From an uncultured Gammaproteobacteria bacterium (lineage in GTDB: Bacteria; Patescibacteriota; Patescibacteriia; S139-126): a DNA stretch of 64,000 nucleotides. Shown one piece after another: positions 7,962 to 16,680 of the stretch. How positions within the stretch are numbered: the first letter of the stretch is position 1; each line of letters begins with the position of its first letter. The position numbers were made by a program, and so were the translations under genes. Under the pieces are notes generated by a model. That model saw nothing but the letters and a program-made list of their open reading frames with translations, was not told the DNA's origin and did no database searches. The stretch spans positions 519,646-583,645 of the forward strand of contig CAZUKA010000001.1 of NCBI GenBank assembly GCA_964620905.1, written 5' to 3'.

Positions 7962-9560
7962 TATGGGATGAACGGACGCAAAACGTCCGTTTTTCTCTTT
8001 ATTCACGGGCTGAACCAGATGTTCGAAAATCTTATTTGGGTCTATTTTCTCTCCTATCAGTTCTCCCACGTGGTCAAAGATGATCTTGAACGCTTTGTGA
8101 TACGAAACCTGGGCGATTTTGCCGTTTAACGTGGCGTTCGAAAATACGAGCGACAGTAAAAGTCTTTTATCGTCCACCATCTCCTCCGTGTCACGGTTGA
8201 TGTAAATTCTCCATGCCTTTTTGGCCACCTGCAAAACCGTGACGCCCATTTCGTAATATTTCAGGTTGGCGTCCTTGTGCTTATTCAGCGTATCGAGTAT
8301 CTGTTCCTGCTCGACTTTGTATTGCTCGAATTTCTTTTTATAAAAGTCCTCGCTGATTTTGTCGTCGATCTTGTCGTCATAGAGCTTATCCAGCCTTTGC
8401 GTGGCTACTTCATAGCGGCGGTTAAGCTCGCCGGTGGCTTTATTGCGGAATTCTATCTCCTCGCTATGGCTTTCTTTCAAAGCTTCTTGCACCCAGTTGA
8501 GCATATTCTCTACGGCTTGCTCGTTTTTCGGGTTGAGCGAGTTGATTTTCTCAAGCATCTGTACGTCCACCGCTTCCTGCCGCACAAATTCGCGTTTGGT
8601 GCAGTTTTTATAATGATTGCAATGGCCGTACCAGTGACCTCGCTGTATCTCCCAAGTGATCCGGCCTTTGCATTCATCGCACCGGAAGACGTTTTTAAAG
8701 AGCGGATTGTGCTTGAAGTATCTTGGCGTGCCGTTTGTATGCATGATTTCCTGGCACCGGTCGAATAATTCTTTCTTGATCAAGGGTTCGTGTCCGGCTT
8801 TGGTTACTTTGCCATCCCAACGGTTCATGCCGTAATAAAACGGATCGCCCAGAAGCTGGTGGACTCTTGAGTGGCTCACTTTGTTGCCTCCCCGGGACCG
8901 CAATCCTTCCTCGTAGATGACATCGGCCAGCTTCTTGGTCGAGTAGCGGTTCGTGGCATACAGATCAAACATCCGTTTGACGAGCGGCGCTTTATCCGGA
9001 TCAAGCACGTGGATTTTGTGTCCCTTCTCGCCGATGGTTTTATATCCGAGCGGCGGCTTGGCCGGAAGCCATCCTTGAGAGAGTTTTTCCTTTTGACCTT
9101 TCTTTACGTTTTCGGAAAGAAGCCGGATGTAATACTCGGCCGTAGCCACTTTGACGCGCCACATAAACCATTCGTGCGATTTGGAGTCTTTGTGAAGCGT
9201 GCAGTTTTCTTTTACCAGATGGATTTTGTGATCGTCGCTCTCCAATATCCAATTATCGATCACCGGCACATCGGCAAAGTTTCTGGTCAGCCGATCGGTG
9301 GTTTCCACGAACACGGTGCTGATCTTAGCTTTGCTTACGAACGCCATCATTTCGTGGAAGATTTTGCGCTGAACCTTACCGGCGGCCGACTCTTGGATAG
9401 CAAAAACCTTCATGAGCTCGTAGCCGTTGCGGTCGGCATAATCACGAAGGAGTTTTTCCTGGGCTGGAAGCGAGTATCCGGTATCCTCCTGATCCTTGGA
9501 TGAGACACGGGCATATCCTACGGCTTTCGGCGGTTGATTTTCATTCATTGTCATAGTCAT
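7920..9560 (-). CDS. Large serine recombinase (serine integrase).
   Basis: N-terminal resolvase-type catalytic motif VGYARVSSKDQ. Central recombinase domain. C-terminal Cys-rich zinc ribbon (CDECKG...HCNHYKNC). The annotated C-terminus reads through the tRNA-Asn 3' half, so the true stop may differ. Confidence 0.85.
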   Translation of the reverse strand: MTMTMNENQPPKAVGYARVSSKDQEDTGYSLPAQEKLLRDYADRNGYELMKVFAIQESAAGKVQRKIFHEMMAFVSKAKISTVFVETTDRLTRNFADVPVIDNWILESDDHKIHLVKENCTLHKDSKSHEWFMWRVKVATAEYYIRLLSENVKKGQKEKLSQGWLPAKPPLGYKTIGEKGHKIHVLDPDKAPLVKRMFDLYATNRYSTKKLADVIYEEGLRSRGGNKVSHSRVHQLLGDPFYYGMNRWDGKVTKAGHEPLIKKELFDRCQEIMHTNGTPRYFKHNPLFKNVFRCDECKGRITWEIQRGHWYGHCNHYKNCTKREFVRQEAVDVQMLEKINSLNPKNEQAVENMLNWVQEALKESHSEEIEFRNKATGELNRRYEVATQRLDKLYDDKIDDKISEDFYKKKFEQYKVEQEQILDTLNKHKDANLKYYEMGVTVLQVAKKAWRIYINRDTEEMVDDKRLLLSLVFSNATLNGKIAQVSYHKAFKIIFDHVGELIGEKIDPNKIFEHLVQPVNKEKNGRFASVHPIWLRGSDSNRRPTG

Positions 9561-9699
9561 TTTTTGTTAATAATTATTTGTTCGAATACGACCTTTGGTA
9601 CCCAACACCCTATACTAATTTTTATGACAAGCTAAGCGGCAGTTGCCCACATTCTCTAAAAACACCGCAGTTAACTGTAAAATCCTGTAATTATTCTGT

Positions 9700-9862
9700 T
9701 TTTTGCTCATTTTGTTGGGTTTTACCGGGTTTTGTCGGGTTTATTTTTTCCATTTTTGGTGTTAGTTAGTGTCAGTTAGTGTTAGTTACTTTTGTTCAAA
9801 ACGTTGCCGTTTATTGCCGAATCTTGCCGAAAACCGGTGGTATCTGGTGGGTTCTGGTGAGA
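9700..9862. repeat. Cluster of short tandem direct repeats (iteron-like).
   Basis: The cluster contains gggttttaccgggttttgtcgggttt. It contains gttagttagtgtcagttagtgttagttac. It contains ttgccg three times. It contains ggtggtatctggtgggttctggtg. It lies between the integrase start and the 3' end of gene 9866-10438. Confidence 0.5.
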
Positions 9863-9865
9863 TGT

Positions 9866-10438
9866 TTATTTGCCTCGCATCGTCATTTTATCCAGTAAAT
9901 CGGCCTTCATCCGGCGGATTTCCTGTAATTTCTGCGAGCCACCGTTATTTTCTTTATAATTTTCTTTAATTTCTTTTAAACCCTTAACTTCTATATCACC
10001 GCCGTCCGAGGCAGTCTGCTTCCCAAGCCGATCGGTTTTAGATGCAGATTGGCTTCCGTCCTGCATGAGATGTAGGACGGAAAGCAGAGTGATACTCCGA
10101 GGTTTGAACTTGGCATCCTTGCCCCGGACTTTCGTGATCGCGATAAAGCACCACTCCTCGAGCTTAGTGAGGCACTTCTTAATTGTCCGCCAATCTTTGA
10201 GGCCGGAGTACGTGAGAAGCGTTTTGTTGGATGCTTCTATGGTTTGGCTCGCCTTGTTGGAAGCAATCTCGGTTAAGGCGCAATAAACATTCCGCAGGTT
10301 GCGGTAAGCATCATCGCTGATATGTTTATCGAGCCACTGCTTCCGCATATACCGCAAAGCCGGCTTATCCTGATAAGCAAACGGCGCTTCGCGGTAGTCG
10401 CGGACTTTATGATTTTTATTTTGCTGGTTCATCGTCAT
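9866..10438 (-). CDS. Hypothetical protein on the island, possibly replication or regulatory.
   Basis: 190 aa, basic, GC-rich. No conserved motif recognised. The function is suggested only by the adjacent iteron-like repeats. Confidence 0.45.
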   Translation of the reverse strand: MTMNQQNKNHKVRDYREAPFAYQDKPALRYMRKQWLDKHISDDAYRNLRNVYCALTEIASNKASQTIEASNKTLLTYSGLKDWRTIKKCLTKLEEWCFIAITKVRGKDAKFKPRSITLLSVLHLMQDGSQSASKTDRLGKQTASDGGDIEVKGLKEIKENYKENNGGSQKLQEIRRMKADLLDKMTMRGK

Positions 10439-10706
10439 ATGGCACTAAAAGCTTCCGGCCGCTCGTGATGTCCTCGACGTAGAAGCGCATCAAGGCATCG
10501 TAAAAGCCAAGCAGGTTGAAAGCGATATCGTGCAAATCGCGGTCATCGACCTCCTGGCCGAAGTCTTTTTTGAGGATAGCGCGGAGTTTTTCCAGCGTTT
10601 CCGGTTGTAAGTTCACAGGTCTTAGTCCTCGGCATAAATCCGTACTTTGACCTGCTTCAACTGGTTGAAAAACGCTTGAGGCTCGACTTGAAGTTCGCGG
10701 CTCCAA
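10416..10706 (-). CDS. Hypothetical protein. Overlaps the next ORF in another frame.
   Basis: 96 aa ORF. It overlaps 10622-10864 by about 85 nt, so it may be a frameshifted single gene or have a later start. Confidence 0.3.
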   Translation of the reverse strand: MEPRTSSRASSVFQPVEAGQSTDLCRGLRPVNLQPETLEKLRAILKKDFGQEVDDRDLHDIAFNLLGFYDALMRFYVEDITSGRKLLVPYDDEPAK

Positions 10707-10864
10707 TATCGCTTCACCAGAGAATCCAGCTCATGGCTCTTGCCGAAGCAGAAGAGCACCTTGTGCGGATTTCCCCGATCCACGACCTCAAGAGAATCAG
10801 GAATAAATAATAAAAGCACCGCGACCAATGCCAGATCGGCGGTTTTGTAATAATTGTTTTCCAT
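10622..10864 (-). CDS. Hypothetical protein.
   Basis: 80 aa ORF in the GC-rich island. Confidence 0.3.
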   Translation of the reverse strand: MENNYYKTADLALVAVLLLFIPDSLEVVDRGNPHKVLFCFGKSHELDSLVKRYWSRELQVEPQAFFNQLKQVKVRIYAED

Positions 10865-11016
10865 ATGCTGGCATTTTCATCGTCATTAACTTCCTCTCAC
10901 ACACTTTTATTTTTGCAAACGGGATCGGGCTTCTTGAATACTGCGAGCGTATAGTTGCAAAACAAAAAAGCGGCTGTTTCTGCCGCTGATCTTGAGACTT
11001 ATTAACTACACTAGAA

Positions 11017-11682
11017 CTACACCTGTTTTATTTTGTACTCCGGATTGATTTTGTAACCGCTCACGGACCGGCCGGTTATGAAATTATCAACGCCAAGATT
11101 GTACTTTGCTTTGCGATTGATCATGAGCTTGGCATTGTGCAATGCTTTCCGGTTTTTGCTTCCGGTAAGCTCTACCAGCTCGTCTGTCGGCACGAATGTT
11201 TTACGCTCAAGTAAAATCCGGACGATCTTTTGTCTTTGCTTTTCTTTGCCCATTTCATAGCAATGTTTGGCTTTCGGCTCTCGGTATAAGTCGCCGTCGC
11301 TGGAGAAATAGATGACTTTCTTTTTATCTGTCGGTTTCGCTTTCTTGGCGGCTAGTCCGTAGGCCGCGCCCTCGGCCGCCATGCGAGCAATGCTCTTTTC
11401 CAAGTCTGCAACTTTGTTTATGGCCGTCTGATACGCTCGGGTCATAGCTTCCACGCTTTGCGTATTACGGTTCAATGCTTTGGTCAGGTCTACAATAGCC
11501 GGATCACCAGTCTTTACGATGTCCTGCGGATTCTCTATATTCGCAAAATCTTTGAGAGCAGACCGTAGCTCGCTAACGACAGCAGAAATGGTAAATGGAT
11601 AGGTGCTCGTCTTGGCGACAGTCCGTTTGATATTGAATTTGTACTTGGTAGCCAGCGCGGCCTTTTTCATTTTCATAGTCAT
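11017..11682 (-). CDS. Hypothetical protein on the island.
   Basis: 221 aa. Ala/Lys-rich central region. No recognised motif. Confidence 0.5.
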   Translation of the reverse strand: MTMKMKKAALATKYKFNIKRTVAKTSTYPFTISAVVSELRSALKDFANIENPQDIVKTGDPAIVDLTKALNRNTQSVEAMTRAYQTAINKVADLEKSIARMAAEGAAYGLAAKKAKPTDKKKVIYFSSDGDLYREPKAKHCYEMGKEKQRQKIVRILLERKTFVPTDELVELTGSKNRKALHNAKLMINRKAKYNLGVDNFITGRSVSGYKINPEYKIKQV

Positions 11683-11713
11683 CTTTCTATTATTATGACA
11701 AAACGCGGCGATT

Positions 11714-11742
11714 TTGACAATGAAAAATGAAAGCGGTAAAAT
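11714..11742 (+). promoter_or_regulatory. Candidate sigma-70 promoter (TTGACA-17-TAAAAT) for the xis-mod-res operon.
   Basis: ttgacaatgaaaaatgaaagcggtaaaat lies in the divergent intergenic region, about 25 nt upstream of the 11767 start. Confidence 0.45.
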
Positions 11743-11766
11743 GGTATCAACGGCTAAAATAATTTT

Positions 11767-11958
11767 ATGAGTGACATCGAAAAACTTTTCACCATTGAGG
11801 AAGTCGCCGAGATTTTAAGAGTCCATACCCGGACCGTTACCCGGTATATTGAGGCTGGCCGACTTAAGGCGTCAAAGCTTGGGGTCTGGCGGATCAAGCA
11901 GTCTGATTTAGACGCATTTTTGGAAGAAACGAGTAACGTTAAGAAAAAGAAGAAATAA
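11767..11958 (+). CDS. Excisionase-family (MerR-like) HTH DNA-binding protein.
   Basis: LFTIEEVAEILRVHTRTVTRYIEAGRLKASKLGVWRIKQSDLDAFLEE matches the excisionase-family HTH pattern. It lies 2 nt upstream of mod. Confidence 0.7.
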   Translation: MSDIEKLFTIEEVAEILRVHTRTVTRYIEAGRLKASKLGVWRIKQSDLDAFLEETSNVKKKKK

Positions 11959-11960
11959 AT

Positions 11961-13493
11961 ATGGCATCACTAAATTGGATTGGAAAAGAGGCAGTCTCAA
12001 ACCACGATAAGGAGGTGCCTTTTAAGTTGCTCAAAAAAGTTAAGACAGCTTCAGTTGGCGACAACTCTCAAAATCTAATAATCCACGGAGATAATCTTGA
12101 GGCTCTTAAGGCACTCATGCCTCATTATGTTGGGAAAATAAAATGTATCTATATCGATCCTCCGTACAACACCGGAAATGAAGGTTGGGTATATAACGAT
12201 AAAGTAAACTCGCCGAAAATTAAGCAGTGGCTTGGTAAAGTTGTCGGCCGAGAATCCGAAGACCTAACTCGCCATGATAAATGGTTATGCATGATGTATC
12301 CGCGTCTCAAGCTCATGCGAGACTTACTTGCAGATAACGGATTTATTTTTGTCTCCGTAGATGACAATGAACACTGCAATCTTCGTGGTGCAATGGACGA
12401 GATCTTTCTTGAGAAAAATCATATTACGACTATTGCGTGGCAAAGAAAAAAAGAGAGTTCAAATGATAGCAGAAACATCTCTGTGAAAGCAGAATATATT
12501 GTGGTATACGCACGGTCAGAAATTGCCCAGTTAAACTTACTTTCTTTAAGTGAATCCTATATTGAGACCGCTTATAAATTACCCACCAAAGAATTCCCTC
12601 ATGGGAAGTGGAGGCCTGTTCCTATAGCCACGACAAAAGGACATAAAAGTGGTGGATATACTTATGAGATTGTCACGCCTTCCGGTAAAAAGCATAAAAG
12701 AGAATGGGCTTATCCCGAGGAAAGTTATAAGCGTCTCTTAGGTGAAGGAAAAATATATTTCGGAAAAAGCGGTGATGGGGTTCCTCAGCGTGTTATTTAC
12801 GCGCACGAAAGCACGGGCATACCAGCAAGCAATATTTGGACGGATGTAGCGACAAACAAAGAAGGAAAAAATGAGATAGTAAATTTATTTGGAGATGGTA
12901 CTTTCGAAACGCCAAAGCCCGTAGGGTTAATTAGAAGAATTTTGGAACTCGCAACGGAAAAAGATTCGTTAATCTTAGATTCCTTTGCTGGCTCTGGCAC
13001 AACCGGTCATGCGGTGTTGGATTTGAATAAGGAAGATAACGGAACTCGTAAATTTATTATGGTTGAAATGGAAGACAAAGTTGCAAAGGACATTACCGCT
13101 GAACGGGTTAAGAGAGCGATTAAGAAATACGATTATAAGGATGGCTTCGAGTATTGCGAATTAGATAAGCCGCTCTTTAATGAGCACGGCCAGATTGAGG
13201 AAACATGTGATTTCCGGCAATTCGCAACGTATATTTACTTTACTGAAACGCAAACCAACATTGATCCAAAACTGATTAATGAGAATTATATCGGAGAACT
13301 CGGTACGACTGAGTACTACCTGCTTTATCAAGGAAAGAATAAGAACGATCTCAATAAATCTTTCCTGAAGAAAATCAGAAAAACCGATAATAAGAAGGTC
13401 ATTTATGCGGACCGGTGCTTGATCGACGACGAAACGCTTGCTAAGCATAACGTCGTGTTCAAGCAGATACCTTATGAAGTAAAAGTCTATTAA
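11961..13493 (+). CDS. mod: Type III restriction-modification methyltransferase (Mod), beta-class N6A/N4C MTase.
   Basis: Motif IV IYIDPPYNTGNEGW precedes motif I LDSFAGSGTTGHAV, which is the beta-class order. Res follows 4 nt downstream. Confidence 0.85.
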   Translation: MASLNWIGKEAVSNHDKEVPFKLLKKVKTASVGDNSQNLIIHGDNLEALKALMPHYVGKIKCIYIDPPYNTGNEGWVYNDKVNSPKIKQWLGKVVGRESEDLTRHDKWLCMMYPRLKLMRDLLADNGFIFVSVDDNEHCNLRGAMDEIFLEKNHITTIAWQRKKESSNDSRNISVKAEYIVVYARSEIAQLNLLSLSESYIETAYKLPTKEFPHGKWRPVPIATTKGHKSGGYTYEIVTPSGKKHKREWAYPEESYKRLLGEGKIYFGKSGDGVPQRVIYAHESTGIPASNIWTDVATNKEGKNEIVNLFGDGTFETPKPVGLIRRILELATEKDSLILDSFAGSGTTGHAVLDLNKEDNGTRKFIMVEMEDKVAKDITAERVKRAIKKYDYKDGFEYCELDKPLFNEHGQIEETCDFRQFATYIYFTETQTNIDPKLINENYIGELGTTEYYLLYQGKNKNDLNKSFLKKIRKTDNKKVIYADRCLIDDETLAKHNVVFKQIPYEVKVY

Positions 13494-13497
13494 TACT

Positions 13498-15753
13498 ATG
13501 GAACTAAAACGCTACCAAAAAAATACATTAGAGACGCTCGAGCAATTCTTGAAGGAATTGCATAAAGCTGGCTTGAAGTACGCCTTCATGGGCATTACGG
13601 AAAAGCCGTACAGAGCTGAAGCTTTTGGCGAAGTTCCATTTGTCTGCATTAAAATTCCTACCGGGGGTGGCAAGACATTGGTTGGCTGTCATGCCGTAGA
13701 AAAAATAATGAGCGGTGCCCTACAGAACAAATTGGATCGTGGCATAGTTCTTTGGTTTACACCGTCCGAAGCCATCAAGACACAAACACTTAAGAAATTT
13801 AAAGATCGCAAAGATTGGCATCGCAGGGCGTTGGACGAAGCCTTTGATAATAACGTTAAGGTGTTTTCAAACGAGGAGGCTCTTACCATTCGCAAAGAAG
13901 ACGTAAACGGAAACCTTTGTATTATTGTTGCCAGCCTTGAGGCATTCAGAAAAGAAAAAACACTCCAAAATAAATATAAAGTCTATCAGGAGAATGGTGC
14001 GCTCTTAGATCACTTTGAGCATATCGAGGAATCAGATTATCTCGAACGAGATAGTGAAGGAACCGTTGTTAATTCTCTTGCTAATGTCGTCCGGTTAAGC
14101 AACCCACTTGTGGTTATCGATGAGGGTCATAAAACGGCTACTAAACTTTCGATTGATTTCCTCAAAGACCTTAATCCCAGCTTTATTATTGAATATACCG
14201 CTACTCCACGGGATAACAGCAACATTCTCGTTGAGGTTCATGCTTCCGAGCTGAAAGAAGAACAAATGGTGAAGATCCCCATCGTTCTCGAGAGCGCCGC
14301 GCAGTGGCAGAACGCCATTATCCGCGGTGTTGAAAAGCGCATTGAGCTAGAGAAGGATGCAAAGAAAATTAAAGGCGAGTATATACGGCCTATTGCATTG
14401 CTTCAGGCACAGCCAAAAGATGAAAATATCACTGTTGAGAAAATAAAAGAATTTTTACTCGAACGGAAGATACCTGCTGAACAGATCGCAATAAAAATCT
14501 CAGGAAAAAACGAACTCGAGAGAGTAGACCTCTTCGACAGAAAATGTCCGATACGTTACATCATTACAGTAAATGCCCTAGCCGAAGGATGGGATTGTTC
14601 CTTCGCTTATATTCTTGTTTCGGTTGCGAACCTTGGCTCAAAAATTGCTGTTGAGCAGATCATCGGGCGCATCATTCGTTTACCGTACGCCAAGAAAAAA
14701 GCCAATGAAGACTTTAATAGAAGTTATGTCTTTGCTTCTGCTAGGAACTTTAATGAGGCAGCAAGCCAAATTATTTCAGGCCTTGAGACTAACGGCTACA
14801 GTAAGGCAGATATCATAGGTGCGGATAAAAAGGACGCTTCGTATGAGTTGGAAACCAAAAAGGCGGTTTCTGACACGCTCAAAATGCCGATGGTGGCTTT
14901 GGATGGTGAACTGTTGTCATTTGAAGACTTGATTGGTAGTGATTTTGAGTTGTCAAAGCAGGATTACAAATTTGAGTTCCAGATCCATTACGATAACGAC
15001 GGCCGAGCGATCATTGATATCAAAGAGGATGAATGGATGCGCGGCAAGCAGATGTTTTTGAAGCTAAGTTATTCAGACAAAAACTTCACTAAGAATGAGT
15101 TGGTGCAATGGCTTGATAAAAAGCTACGTTTCCCGCTTTTAGAAAAATCAGACAAGGTTGGTTTTCTCGATAAAGCTATTGAGCACCAGCTTAAAACTCA
15201 TACACTTTCCGAACTTTCAGTAAATCGCTACGTCTTAGCTGATCGCTTGAGCGAGGTTATCAACGGCATCCTTGAGGAATATGCCAAGAAAAAATTTGAT
15301 GCTCTGTTGCAGAAAAAGAAAATCGTCACTGAACAGTTCGAGGCATTTCCGGCTGTTATTACTCTCAAGCGACCAGAGCCGAAGGAGTTTAACAAATGCT
15401 ATTACGAGAAAATCGATAAATTGAATGGTGAAGAGCGTGAGTTCGTTGATCGTCTCGATCTCGACACCTTACCCAATGTTAAATATTGGGTTCGTAGCCG
15501 CGAGAAAACCGATCCGTTTTATATTCAGGGTTGGAAGCGAGGAAAGTTTTATCCGGACTTCATTGCGGTCACTAAGAAGGGCGCAATCGTAGCTCTTGAA
15601 TGGAAGGGTGCGGACCGGATAAGCAACGAAGATACGGCATACAAAGTTGAGATCGGTGGAATGTGGTCGAAGCTTGGCAAAGGAAAACTATACTTTTTCT
15701 TGGTGCATACGGGGAATGTTGAAGAAGTGCTGAAGGAAGTTAAAGAATTGTAA
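13498..15753 (+). CDS. res: Type III restriction endonuclease Res subunit (SF2 helicase-like).
   Basis: Walker A KIPTGGGKT. Motif II VVIDEGHK. Helicase C-terminal motifs. 751 aa, immediately downstream of mod. Confidence 0.85.
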   Translation: MELKRYQKNTLETLEQFLKELHKAGLKYAFMGITEKPYRAEAFGEVPFVCIKIPTGGGKTLVGCHAVEKIMSGALQNKLDRGIVLWFTPSEAIKTQTLKKFKDRKDWHRRALDEAFDNNVKVFSNEEALTIRKEDVNGNLCIIVASLEAFRKEKTLQNKYKVYQENGALLDHFEHIEESDYLERDSEGTVVNSLANVVRLSNPLVVIDEGHKTATKLSIDFLKDLNPSFIIEYTATPRDNSNILVEVHASELKEEQMVKIPIVLESAAQWQNAIIRGVEKRIELEKDAKKIKGEYIRPIALLQAQPKDENITVEKIKEFLLERKIPAEQIAIKISGKNELERVDLFDRKCPIRYIITVNALAEGWDCSFAYILVSVANLGSKIAVEQIIGRIIRLPYAKKKANEDFNRSYVFASARNFNEAASQIISGLETNGYSKADIIGADKKDASYELETKKAVSDTLKMPMVALDGELLSFEDLIGSDFELSKQDYKFEFQIHYDNDGRAIIDIKEDEWMRGKQMFLKLSYSDKNFTKNELVQWLDKKLRFPLLEKSDKVGFLDKAIEHQLKTHTLSELSVNRYVLADRLSEVINGILEEYAKKKFDALLQKKKIVTEQFEAFPAVITLKRPEPKEFNKCYYEKIDKLNGEEREFVDRLDLDTLPNVKYWVRSREKTDPFYIQGWKRGKFYPDFIAVTKKGAIVALEWKGADRISNEDTAYKVEIGGMWSKLGKGKLYFFLVHTGNVEEVLKEVKEL

Positions 15754-15765
15754 ATCCTGTAATAA

Positions 15766-16680
15766 ATGGCTAATGAGAATCTTGCAACAAAAGGACCTTC
15801 TCCAAGTGACCTGATAGAACAAAATTCTAAGCAGATCTTTGAGTCAAAGTTACCGCTGACAGGTAGAATATTTATCTGGTATCCAGACAAAAATCCTAAT
15901 ACTGACGGTCACATTGAATTTCTAGGAGAACATGGTTCTACAACTGTTAAACTGTTTTTCCAATTGAAAAGCAGTGAGCAGGATATTGCATATCATGATT
16001 GCGATCGTTCCTTTTTAAATTATTGTTATCAATCTGCTGAACCAACTTTTATAGTTTTTGTTAATATTCCCCAAAAAAAAGTTTACTGGGAGCACATTAC
16101 TCAGTCTTACATTGAGGATGTGCTTGGCGTAAAAAATTTGACCGATTTTAATCAACAAACTAAAAGGATAAGTTTTTCAGAAGAAAAACTCATAGATAAT
16201 AATGCACAAAAACTTATTGAGGAATGTAGGAAACATTATCAAGATAAGTCAAAAGTAGAGGCAGAAGTACAAAGCAATATTTCCGCAGAGCAAAAGCAGA
16301 TCGATATTTTAACCGATGGGGCGCAAAAAGAAGAGGGTGTTGATTACGACATAATAAGAAAAAAGTTCGCCTCGTTGCTTGGTAACATGACCGATAAGAT
16401 GATGTTATATTTTGCTCTGGTTCATATTCTCAAGCCATTTTATTTAGATCAAAGAGGAGAGAAAAAACGCAGAATACTCCTGAGATTCTTGCAAATAACT
16501 GATTCTCAAGAACGATTTCTAATAGAAAGCCTGATAAATGCGAATTTGCTAGGGAGAGTTGGCGAGTTAATTTTTCCAATACGCAAAGAAGAAGCAGTTT
16601 CCGTTATTGAACGTTACATTGATAATGGCCAAGTTGATCTAGCAGAAATAACGCAATTATTCTCTCAAAATGAAGATTAA
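15766..16680 (+). CDS. Uncharacterised protein (304 aa). The N-terminal domain may be restriction-endonuclease-like. Candidate defence-associated.
   Basis: Lies 12 nt after the res stop. Its stop overlaps the next gene's start by 11 nt. No NTPase or MTase motifs. The N-terminal region GRIFIWYPDKNPNTDGHIEFLGEHG...KLFFQLK is reminiscent of DUF4365-type domains found in defence islands, but the assignment is uncertain. Confidence 0.5.
   Translation: MANENLATKGPSPSDLIEQNSKQIFESKLPLTGRIFIWYPDKNPNTDGHIEFLGEHGSTTVKLFFQLKSSEQDIAYHDCDRSFLNYCYQSAEPTFIVFVNIPQKKVYWEHITQSYIEDVLGVKNLTDFNQQTKRISFSEEKLIDNNAQKLIEECRKHYQDKSKVEAEVQSNISAEQKQIDILTDGAQKEEGVDYDIIRKKFASLLGNMTDKMMLYFALVHILKPFYLDQRGEKKRRILLRFLQITDSQERFLIESLINANLLGRVGELIFPIRKEEAVSVIERYIDNGQVDLAEITQLFSQNED

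Noticed and set aside
8277-9503. Long plus-strand ORFs (163 and 210 aa) inside the serine recombinase gene.
   Set aside because: These are shadow ORFs on the opposite strand of a GC-rich gene. They have no motifs. The minus-strand recombinase has clear catalytic and zinc-ribbon motifs.
9757-9789. Possible CRISPR-like repeats (gttagt units).
   Set aside because: The units are only 6-9 nt and imperfect, with no spacer-repeat periodicity of 25-40 nt. They are better explained as iteron or operator-type repeats. No CRISPR array is present in the window.
9680-15764. An 11-mer, aatcctgtaat, occurring at 9680 and at 15754.
   Set aside because: It is only two copies of an 11-mer. The chance expectation is low but not negligible, and there is no consistent positional relationship to gene starts. 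It is noted but not treated as a feature.
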